Positions 15,967 to 23,669 of a stretch of DNA of 57,162 bases are shown piece after piece. The DNA is from Rhodospirillales bacterium (GTDB lineage: Bacteria; Pseudomonadota; Alphaproteobacteria; Rhodospirillales; 2-02-FULL-58-16), in NCBI GenBank assembly GCA_036012725.1, contig DASCPW010000052.1, forward strand, positions 1-57,162, read 5' to 3'. Every line of letters begins with the position of its first letter. Positions within the stretch are counted from its first letter, which is position 1. Made by a program: the position numbers and the translations under genes. The notes under the pieces were generated by a model. It was not told where the DNA came from. It saw only the letters and a program-made list of their open reading frames with translations, and did not search any database.

Positions 15967-16857
15967 GTGTCCATTTCATCGATGACCGGTTTCGCTCGCA
16001 ACGAGGGCGATGATGCCGCCTGTTCCTGGACTTGGGAAGCCAAAAGCGTCAACGGCAAGGGCCGGGATATCCGCTGTCGGCTGCCGCAGGGATTCGATGG
16101 CCTTGACTTACCGGCCCGCGAGCGCGCGGCGCGCCGGTTCCGGCGCGGCAACATCACCATGACATTGACCATTACCGGCAACGAAAGCCATGGCAGCTAC
16201 CGGATCAACCACCATATCCTGGAGCAAGTCAGCGCCTTGCTGCCGGAAATCCGGGAACGGTTCCCCGATGTCAAGGAGCCGAGCACCGATGGTCTCATGG
16301 CCCTGCATGGCCTCATCGAGCCGGCGGAAAACGGTCTCTTTGGCGAAGCCAAGCGGCAATTGGAAGCCGGCTTGTTGGTGTCTCTCGACAAGGCATTGGA
16401 CGGCCTGGCCACCATGCGTAGCGAAGAGGGAGCCCGCCTCGCCGTCTTGCTCGGTGAACAGCTCGACAGCATTGATGCACATTACCAGGAGGCCGAACGC
16501 CTAGCCGCCGTTCAGCCCACGGCCATCCGCGCCCGTCTTGAGGAACAGATGGCGGCATTGATGGAATCGGTTCCGGCATTGCCCGAAGAAAGGCTGGCTC
16601 AAGAGGCCGCTCTGTTGATAACCAAGGCGGACCTGCGCGAGGAATTGGACCGTCTCAAGGCCCATATCGAGGCGGCGCGGGATTTTCTGGATAAGGAAGA
16701 GCCCGTTGGCCGCAAGCTGGATTTTCTTTGTCAGGAGTTAAACCGTGAAGCCAACACATTATGTTCCAAATCCCAAGGCCTGGCCTTGACCCACGCGGGC
16801 CTGGCCATCAAGGCGGCGATCGAACAGTTCCGAGAGCAGGTACAGAACATTGAATGA
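15967..16857 (+). CDS. yicC: YicC-family stress-induced protein
   Basis: In-frame GTG at 15967 followed by SISSMTGFAR (the canonical YicC N-terminus). The C-terminal LDFLCQELNREANTLCSKS motif is present. Overlaps the gmk start by 8 nt. Confidence 0.88.
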   Translation: MSISSMTGFARNEGDDAACSWTWEAKSVNGKGRDIRCRLPQGFDGLDLPARERAARRFRRGNITMTLTITGNESHGSYRINHHILEQVSALLPEIRERFPDVKEPSTDGLMALHGLIEPAENGLFGEAKRQLEAGLLVSLDKALDGLATMRSEEGARLAVLLGEQLDSIDAHYQEAERLAAVQPTAIRARLEEQMAALMESVPALPEERLAQEAALLITKADLREELDRLKAHIEAARDFLDKEEPVGRKLDFLCQELNREANTLCSKSQGLALTHAGLAIKAAIEQFREQVQNIE

Positions 16858-17491
16858 CGTCAAAAAAATCAAACGCCGCGGCCTGATGCTGGTACTGTCG
16901 TCGCCGTCCGGCGCCGGTAAGTCAACCATATCGAGGGAACTTCTGAAGCGCACCGGCGACCTTGCCATGTCCGTCTCGGCGACCACCCGGCCTCCGCGTC
17001 CCGGCGAGGAAAACGGCAAGGATTACTTTTTTTTCAATAAGGACGAGTTTGACGGCATGGTCGCGGATGGCGAGTTTCTTGAGCATGCCGAGGTTTTCGA
17101 CAACTTTTATGGAACTCCAAAAAAACCGGTGGAAGCGGCCCTGGCCAGGGGCCAAGACGTTCTCTTTGACGTCGATTGGCAAGGCGAGCGGCAACTGAAG
17201 CAAAATGCCGTCGGCGATATTGTCAGCATTTTCATTTTACCGCCCTCGCGGGCCGAGTTGGAACGACGCCTGTATACCCGTGCCCAGGATTCCGAGGAGG
17301 TGGTGCGCAAGCGGATGGCAAAAGCGTTTGCCGAAATAAGCCACTGGCAAGATTACGATTACATTATCGTCAATGAGGTGGTCGAAAACAGCGTCGCCCA
17401 AGTCCAGGCCACCCTAACCGCCGAACGTCTGAAACAAGGCCGCCAGACCGGACTGGCCGATTTTGTCGGAGCGTTGCGGGAAAGCCGTTAA
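16850..17491 (+). CDS. gmk: guanylate kinase
   Basis: 213-aa ORF with the P-loop SSPSGAGKSTI and TTRPPRPGEENGKDYFF. Confidence 0.96.
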   Translation: MNDVKKIKRRGLMLVLSSPSGAGKSTISRELLKRTGDLAMSVSATTRPPRPGEENGKDYFFFNKDEFDGMVADGEFLEHAEVFDNFYGTPKKPVEAALARGQDVLFDVDWQGERQLKQNAVGDIVSIFILPPSRAELERRLYTRAQDSEEVVRKRMAKAFAEISHWQDYDYIIVNEVVENSVAQVQATLTAERLKQGRQTGLADFVGALRESR

Positions 17492-17583
17492 TATCTAATT
17501 TTTTGGGGAGTTCCTTAAGAGCCCGTCCGGGACGTTGCGGGAAATCATTTTTCGCTCTGCTTTCTTCGTTTATCGGTGGCGGA

Positions 17584-19581
17584 TCACTCGGGCAAGTTCA
17601 CCGCCCCGGCCAAGCTGGGGAAGCGGTGCGAGGCATGGGGAATGTCCATGGCGGCAACGAAATAGTCCTGAAATTCTGGCGCCGTCGCCGTTTCCACCTT
17701 TTCGACGCGTTTGACCAGGGCCTCGATCTCGGCCCGCGCCTGGCGGCTGAGCAAGGCGATGCGGGCACCGGTGCCGGCGGCGTTGCCGGCCGGGCCGACC
17801 TTTGCCAGATCGCAATCGGGGATCATCCCGATCACCATCGCGTATTTGGTGTCGATATAAGCGCCGAAAGCACCGGCCAAGAGGATATGCTCGACCCGCT
17901 CCACCCCCATCCTGTCCATCAGCAGGCGGACACCGGAATAACAGGCCGCCTTGGCCAATTGGATGGCGCGGATATCGGCCTGCGTCACCAGAAGTTCCGG
18001 CGGTCCGACATGGAGGAGATAATTGAAATTACGCCCTTCGGGAACCAAGTGCGCGGTCCGCTTGGCGTTGACGCCTTGGCCGTCGATGCGACCGCTGGCA
18101 TCGACAATTCCGGCCAAAAACATTTCCGCCACCGCCTCGATGATGCCGGAGCCGCAAATGCCGGTGACGCCGATACCGGCTATGGCTTCGGAAAAACCGG
18201 GATCATCGGACCATAGGTCCGACCCGATGACCTTGAAGCGCGGCGCCAAACTGTCGCGGTCGATGCGGACCCTCTCGATGGCGCCGGCGGCGGCGCGCTG
18301 GCCGCAACTGATCTGCGCGCCCTCGAAAGCGGGGCCGGTGGGACTGGAACAGGCAAGCAGACGGTGATTGTCGCCCAAGACGATCTCGGCGTTGGTGCCA
18401 ACATCGATGACGAGGGTCAGCTCGTCGGACCCGTGGGGCGATTCCGAAAGGATCACGCCGGCCGTGTCGGCGCCGACGAAACCGGCGATACAGGGCAGGA
18501 AATAGGCATGCGCTCCGGGATTGAGGCTCAATTTCAGGTCCCGGGCCATAAGGGTCACGCTTTCGTCCGTCACCATCGCGAAAGGGGCCTGGCCCAATTG
18601 CCTGGGATCGATGCCAAGCATCAAGTGATGCATGACCGGATTGCCGACAAAAGTAGCCTCGATAACGTCTGTTAAATCGATTCCGGCATCAAAGGCGGCG
18701 GTGGCGGCGAGCTTGGCGACGGCCTCGCGCACGGCAGTGGTCAGTTGCGGAGCCTGGTCCTGGTTTTGTTGCAGGTAGGAAAGCCGGCTCATCACGTCCT
18801 CGCCGAAACGGATTTGCGGATTCATTGCGCCGGCCGAACCGACCACCTCACCGGTGGCGAGATGGCAAAGATGGACGGCGACTGTAGTCGTGCCGATATC
18901 GACGGCGAGCCCGAACACATGGTCATGAAATCCCGGCCAGACGGCGGTAATGAGTTTACCCTCGCGGACGGCAACGGTGACCTTCCAGTCGCCGCCGTAG
19001 GTCTCGCCGCTACGCGCGGCTTGGGAAAGCGACCGCAAAACACCAGCGTCGCAATCCAGGTCTTCAAGCTGCCAGTTTTCGGCCAACGCCAGTTTCAGAC
19101 GGTTGAGATCGCTGCTCTGGTCATCCATGCCGGGCTTCGACATCTCGACATAATGAAGCTTGATCAGGGGGTCGATCTCCATGGCGCGGGTGTCGGCACG
19201 CTTACGCACCATCTGTTTGTGAATTTGGCTTTCCGCCGGCACGTCGATAACCACGTCACCGGTTAGGCGAGCGGCACAGCTTAACCGGTGGCCGGGGAGT
19301 AAGCCCTTTGTTTCGGCAAAATGTTTCTCGACTTCCCCAACCGGCGAGAGGTGACTTTTCTCCGACGTGATCGCGAATTTGGCGAAAACACCAGTGCTTA
19401 AACTAACTTGGCAACGCCCGCATATGCCCCGCCCGCCGCAAACGGAATCGATGTCGACACCAAGATCGCGCGCCGCCCTGAGCAAGGGCGTGCCCTGGGG
19501 AAAACAGCCACGCCGTCCCGACGGCGTAAAAACCACCAGGGCATCGTCGGCGGCGCCCCGCTTTGGCCTGGATTTCGCCAT
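17584..19581 (-). CDS. RACo-type corrinoid reductive activase (N-terminal plant-type 2Fe-2S ferredoxin + ASKHA/DUF4445 ATPase)
   Basis: 665-aa ORF. The ferredoxin cysteines are CGGRGICGRCQV plus RLSCAA. ASKHA phosphate motifs are GLAVDIGTTTVAV and LVIDVGTNAEIV, with PAFEGAQISCG also present. The start lies 3 nt after the stop of the upstream pterin methyltransferase. Confidence 0.85.
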   Translation of the reverse strand: MAKSRPKRGAADDALVVFTPSGRRGCFPQGTPLLRAARDLGVDIDSVCGGRGICGRCQVSLSTGVFAKFAITSEKSHLSPVGEVEKHFAETKGLLPGHRLSCAARLTGDVVIDVPAESQIHKQMVRKRADTRAMEIDPLIKLHYVEMSKPGMDDQSSDLNRLKLALAENWQLEDLDCDAGVLRSLSQAARSGETYGGDWKVTVAVREGKLITAVWPGFHDHVFGLAVDIGTTTVAVHLCHLATGEVVGSAGAMNPQIRFGEDVMSRLSYLQQNQDQAPQLTTAVREAVAKLAATAAFDAGIDLTDVIEATFVGNPVMHHLMLGIDPRQLGQAPFAMVTDESVTLMARDLKLSLNPGAHAYFLPCIAGFVGADTAGVILSESPHGSDELTLVIDVGTNAEIVLGDNHRLLACSSPTGPAFEGAQISCGQRAAAGAIERVRIDRDSLAPRFKVIGSDLWSDDPGFSEAIAGIGVTGICGSGIIEAVAEMFLAGIVDASGRIDGQGVNAKRTAHLVPEGRNFNYLLHVGPPELLVTQADIRAIQLAKAACYSGVRLLMDRMGVERVEHILLAGAFGAYIDTKYAMVIGMIPDCDLAKVGPAGNAAGTGARIALLSRQARAEIEALVKRVEKVETATAPEFQDYFVAAMDIPHASHRFPSLAGAVNLPE

Positions 19582-19584
19582 GCT

Positions 19585-20454
19585 CTAATTTTTTTCTTTT
19601 GCGGCTTTAATTTTTGCCCGCGCCCGCGTCATCCAGGCCATGCACTGTTGATCATGGCCCATCACCACATCGGCGGCCTTGATGGCGGTCATCAGATCTT
19701 CGTGTAACGGGTTGGCGATCGCCGAGGTCAGCCCGGCGGCCATCATCATGGCGATGAAAGCGGAGTTGAGGCCATGGCGTTCGGGAAGGCCAAAGCCGAC
19801 GTTCGACGCGCCACATGTCGTGTTGACCTTCAGTTCCTCGCGCACCCTTTGAGTTACGTCGAGAACCGCGCGTCCGGAGTCTTGGACCGCGCCGACGGGA
19901 AAAACCAATGGATCGATCACCACATCACAGGCGGCTATGCCGTGATCGGCGGCGCGCTCGACGATTTTTTTGGCCGCCTTGAAACGAACCTCCGGGTCCG
20001 GCGAAAGCCCCTCGGCGTCGTGCGCCATGCCAATGACGGCGGCGTCATACTTTTTGACCAGCGGCAGAACGCTTTCAAGACGCTCGTCTTCGCCGGTGAC
20101 CGAATTGACCAGGGCCTTTCCCTGGTAAACGGCAAGCCCCGCCGCCAGGGGTTCGTTACCGGATGAATCGATGGCCAACGGGACATCGGTCAGCGACTGC
20201 GCCAACTTGACGACATCCGCCAGGATTTTCTTTTCGTCGGCCATCGGCAGACCGGCATTGACATCGAGCATATCGGCGCCGGCTTCGATTTGGGCGAGCA
20301 CATCTTTCTCGACGCGGCTGTAATCTCCGGCCGACATTTCATCGGCCAGCATTTGACGGCCACTAGGATTGATGCGCTCGCCAATGACCACGAAAGAGCG
20401 ATCAAAGCCGATGACCACCTCCTTGGAAGCCGAGCTGATGACGGTGTCAGTCAT
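19585..20454 (-). CDS. pterin-binding methyltransferase (methyltetrahydrofolate:corrinoid methyltransferase family, MeTr/AcsE/CmuB/MtrH-like)
   Basis: 289-aa ORF with the DHPS-like TIM-barrel pattern IGERINPSGR, DMLDVNAG, LAIDSS, ALVNSVTGE and VIDPLV. An AAGGAG RBS lies 7 nt upstream of the ATG. Confidence 0.85.
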   Translation of the reverse strand: MTDTVISSASKEVVIGFDRSFVVIGERINPSGRQMLADEMSAGDYSRVEKDVLAQIEAGADMLDVNAGLPMADEKKILADVVKLAQSLTDVPLAIDSSGNEPLAAGLAVYQGKALVNSVTGEDERLESVLPLVKKYDAAVIGMAHDAEGLSPDPEVRFKAAKKIVERAADHGIAACDVVIDPLVFPVGAVQDSGRAVLDVTQRVREELKVNTTCGASNVGFGLPERHGLNSAFIAMMMAAGLTSAIANPLHEDLMTAIKAADVVMGHDQQCMAWMTRARAKIKAAKEKN

Positions 20455-20505
20455 GAAAGTCTCCTTTCATCCGATCATGAATTGAGATGAAAATCAATGG
20501 GATCA

Positions 20506-21348
20506 CTAATCTTTCGGTATTCGGTTGGCAATGACCCGGTAGAGTCCACCACCGATCAAGGCGCCGAGAATGGGTGCTAAAATATAGATGGTGAAAAACC
20601 CGCCACGCGGACCGGGAATGGCGATCTCGCCCCAGCCCAAGAAAAAAGAGACCAAGCGCGGCCCAAAGTCCCGGGCCGGGTTGATCCCGGCTTGCGTCAG
20701 TGGCGCTATCACCGAAATAATGGCGGCCACCCCAATGCCGATTATCACCGCCCCCATTGCCGACGGCGGACGCGCCGTGTTGCGGTGATGGGTCACCGTG
20801 GCGACCAAGAAGGCAAGCATCGCCGTTCCCACCATCTCCGCCAGGAATGCTGTGCTGGGAGTGATGATCCGCCATGCGTCCTCGGCCGTGCCGTATACGG
20901 CGGGGTTGGGAAAATACTCGCCGAAGAGCATGGCGCTGAGTTCGCTTCCCGGCCCCCCGCGCAAGAGTCCGTGCAGACGTTCAAACTCGATGATAGCCTC
21001 CGAGAACATGGCGTAGATGACCAGCGACGCGCAAGCCGCGCCGGCCGTCTGGGCAATCCAATAAGGGGCAACGCGGGAAAGCGGGAAGCCGTCGTAAGCA
21101 GCGGCGGCGACCGTGATCGCCGGGTTAATATGGGCCCCGGAAAGAGACGCCGAAGCATAAATCCCCAAACTCACCCCGACCGCCCAGACGACCGCCACTT
21201 GCCACAAACCCACCTGGGCGCCCGTCACCACGGCCGCGTTGACGGCGCCAACACCGAAGAAAACCAAAACGAAGGTGCCGAAAAACTCGCCCATCAGCGC
21301 CGGCCAGAGCGGTCCCGCCGCCACTCTCATCTGATCATTCCGCGGCAT
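20506..21348 (-). CDS. MIP-family channel, aquaglyceroporin (GlpF clade)
   Basis: 280-aa ORF with two NPA boxes (SGAHINPAITVA; AGINPARDFGPR). The Asp after the second NPAR and the GlpF-like GLWQVAV Trp are present, and the sequence can be aligned with E. coli GlpF along its whole length from memory. An alternative start exists at 21330. Confidence 0.9.
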   Translation of the reverse strand: MPRNDQMRVAAGPLWPALMGEFFGTFVLVFFGVGAVNAAVVTGAQVGLWQVAVVWAVGVSLGIYASASLSGAHINPAITVAAAAYDGFPLSRVAPYWIAQTAGAACASLVIYAMFSEAIIEFERLHGLLRGGPGSELSAMLFGEYFPNPAVYGTAEDAWRIITPSTAFLAEMVGTAMLAFLVATVTHHRNTARPPSAMGAVIIGIGVAAIISVIAPLTQAGINPARDFGPRLVSFFLGWGEIAIPGPRGGFFTIYILAPILGALIGGGLYRVIANRIPKD

Positions 21349-22483
21349 TCGGAAAGAAATCCTTTTCGGTAATTTCGGGGATGTCGATGGGATAGTCCCG
21401 GCACTGTTCGAAAGCCGTCAGCATGGCCCAAATATTTTTCATTGGCACGTCCTGATAGATCAGATGGGCCGGCTGGAAGATATAGCCGCCGCCGGGAGCA
21501 TAAGCCTTGATCAGCCTCCTCACATGCATGCGAATCTCCGGAAGGGTACCGTTCGGCAGGACTTGCTGAACGTCAAGTCCGCCCTTGAACATTACTTTGC
21601 CGCCCCATTTTCTCTTATTTTCCCATGGGTTTTTGAAACCTGCCACCGGCTGCATGGTCGACAGCATGGTGAATCCCATGTCGATGAAATCGCCCGCGAC
21701 CGCACTGAAGTCACCGCAGGAATGGTACATGAAGTTGGTTTCCGGGCTCTTCTCCTTCCAGGTGTCGATTAACCGTTTGATCCTCGGTCTGACGTGCTCG
21801 CGCCACATCTCCGGCGGGATCAGCAAGCCGTTTTGAACGCCGATGTCGTCGCCGATGCGGATGATGTCGGCGCCATGTTCGATGGCCCGTAAACCCAGTT
21901 CACTGTAGTAATCGGCCAAGCCGTCCAGCAACCGGCCGGCCCAGGCCGGATCATCGTAGAGATCGAGGATCATGTTTTGCATTCCCCGAAGGTGCGCCAT
22001 CGAGGCTTCGAACAGGGTGCTGGAGACATCGGCCAGGATGACGTGGCTGTCGCCGTAAATGGCGATGACTTCGTCGAGTTCCTTCATCCGCCTGGCTTCG
22101 CTCGGATCGGGCCACTGAAAATCATCCAGTTGGTCGCGGCTTTCGCCCAGGGGATGTTTTACCGGATTGTCGAACTGGTTTTGCCGTTCATAGGTGACCC
22201 CCCATTCGGATACGTAGGTGTCGCCTTCGTTCATGAGCCCGCCGCCAGCCATTTCCATCATCGAATTGATGCCCAGTTGTACAACGATCAGGTCGTTGCC
22301 GATCAGCTTCGACAAATGCCCTCCATAGCTCATGGATTCTCCGGGCTTCGGTTCATACCCATAGATTTCCGCGAGTTTGACGGCGGTGCTCGTGGCCCAG
22401 CGAATGCTCTGCGGAACCTTGTCCGGCTCTTCGAAGTTAAGGGCCTTGAAAAAGCGTTCCCTTGAGGTCATTTGCTTGCTCAT
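21335..22483 (-). CDS. URO-D-family (MtaA/MtbA/MtsA/CmuA-N-like) corrinoid-dependent methyltransferase
   Basis: The ORF runs 21335-22516. The ATG at 22483 (MSKQMTSRERFFKALNFEEPDKVP) overlaps the corrinoid-protein stop as ATGA. The sequence is URO-D-like and carries a YHSCGD (H-x-C-G) motif. Confidence 0.8.
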   Translation of the reverse strand: MSKQMTSRERFFKALNFEEPDKVPQSIRWATSTAVKLAEIYGYEPKPGESMSYGGHLSKLIGNDLIVVQLGINSMMEMAGGGLMNEGDTYVSEWGVTYERQNQFDNPVKHPLGESRDQLDDFQWPDPSEARRMKELDEVIAIYGDSHVILADVSSTLFEASMAHLRGMQNMILDLYDDPAWAGRLLDGLADYYSELGLRAIEHGADIIRIGDDIGVQNGLLIPPEMWREHVRPRIKRLIDTWKEKSPETNFMYHSCGDFSAVAGDFIDMGFTMLSTMQPVAGFKNPWENKRKWGGKVMFKGGLDVQQVLPNGTLPEIRMHVRRLIKAYAPGGGYIFQPAHLIYQDVPMKNIWAMLTAFEQCRDYPIDIPEITEKDFFPNAAE

Positions 22484-23214
22484 CCGACCACTCCACTGAT
22501 GAATCCGGGCTGGCATTCCTTGTCAATTAGCTTTTTCGCCACTTCGACGGCGCTGGCAGCGTCCGGCGCAAAACCATCGGCGCCCGATTGTTTGGCGTAG
22601 TCCTCGGTCACCGGAGCGCCACCGCACATGATTCTGAACGTGTTGCTTCTGGTCCCCGCCGCCTTAATAGCTTTGATCGTCTCACCTTGCATGGACATGG
22701 TCGTACTCAACAATGCCGACATGCAAAGGAGGTCCGCTTTAAGATCCCTGATCTTGTCGACGAATGTCTGGACATTGACGTTTACGCCAATGTCATGAAT
22801 TTTGAAACCGGCGCCTTCCAGCATCATGCCGACCATGTTCTTGCCAATATCGTGAAGGTCGCCCTGAACCGTTCCCAGAACGACGGTTCCCAAAGGCTCG
22901 TTGCCGAGCTTGGTCAATATCGGCCTTAGTACCTCCATCCCGGAGTGCATGGCCCGGGCGGTCAGAAGAACCTCCGGAATAAAAGCCTCGTTTTTTTTGA
23001 AACGCTCGCCAACGACGGCCAGGCCGGCTTGCAGCCCGTCCCGGAGAACGTCGAAAGGAGCGATACCCATATCGAGCGCCGCCTGCGTTGCTTCCGGCAC
23101 GGCGCCGGCATCGCCCACCTCGACAATGTCGGCAAGATTCTGTAACGCTTGCAGAACCCCGTCGTCACCCTCGACAATGCGCCGTTCACCACTAATCGGA
23201 TCGATAACTTCCAT
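22480..23214 (-). CDS. cobalamin-binding corrinoid protein (MtaC/MtbC/MtgC-like: helical cap + B12 Rossmann domain)
   Basis: 244-aa ORF with the DxHxxG motif in VQGDLHDIGKNMVG, SxL in CMSALLSTT and GG in MCGGAPV. The RBS is GAGGAAAAA-ATG. Confidence 0.9.
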   Translation of the reverse strand: MEVIDPISGERRIVEGDDGVLQALQNLADIVEVGDAGAVPEATQAALDMGIAPFDVLRDGLQAGLAVVGERFKKNEAFIPEVLLTARAMHSGMEVLRPILTKLGNEPLGTVVLGTVQGDLHDIGKNMVGMMLEGAGFKIHDIGVNVNVQTFVDKIRDLKADLLCMSALLSTTMSMQGETIKAIKAAGTRSNTFRIMCGGAPVTEDYAKQSGADGFAPDAASAVEVAKKLIDKECQPGFISGVVG

Positions 23215-23303
23215 TTTTTCCTCTACTGGCGAGGCTGCCGGGGTTCTAAAATTTCAACTCGGTCGAAAGCCAGCTGCTTCCGGACCCGGCACCCCAACCT
23301 CGT

Positions 23304-23669
23304 CTATTTATTCGCTCCTGGCTGGCTGTTGCCGGTATCAACATAAGGGTTTGAGAGATCGACAAGGGGTCCGCACAGTTCTGGATCACCTTGACAGCAA
23401 TCCCGGGTCAGGAAGATCAGGAGTTCCCGCGTTCCCTCCATATGGGCGGTATAAAAGATTTGCCTTTGTACCCGCCACGAAGTGAGCAATCCGGCCTCTT
23501 CGAGTTGCGAGAGATGGGAAGACAGCGTTGATGGCGGAACGTCCAGGCGGCCCGAGATGCCACCGGCGGAAAGACCGTCCGGACCTTCCTTGACGAGAAG
23601 ACGGAAGGCGGCCAAGCGGGTTTCCTGAGCGAGTGCCGCCAAAGCTTTCAATGCTTTTTTAGGTTCCAT
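23304..23669 (-). CDS. arsR: ArsR/SmtB-family metalloregulator with a C-terminal Cys91-Cys92-x6-Cys99 triad
   Basis: 121-aa ORF with a wHTH core (ALAQETRLAAFRLLVKEGPDGLSAGGISGRLDVPPSTLSSHLSQLEEAGLL). There is no CVC motif in the helix-3 region. The C-terminal FLTRDCCQGDPELC resembles the C-terminal As(III) site of the Acidithiobacillus-type ArsR. Confidence 0.85.
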   Translation of the reverse strand: MEPKKALKALAALAQETRLAAFRLLVKEGPDGLSAGGISGRLDVPPSTLSSHLSQLEEAGLLTSWRVQRQIFYTAHMEGTRELLIFLTRDCCQGDPELCGPLVDLSNPYVDTGNSQPGANK

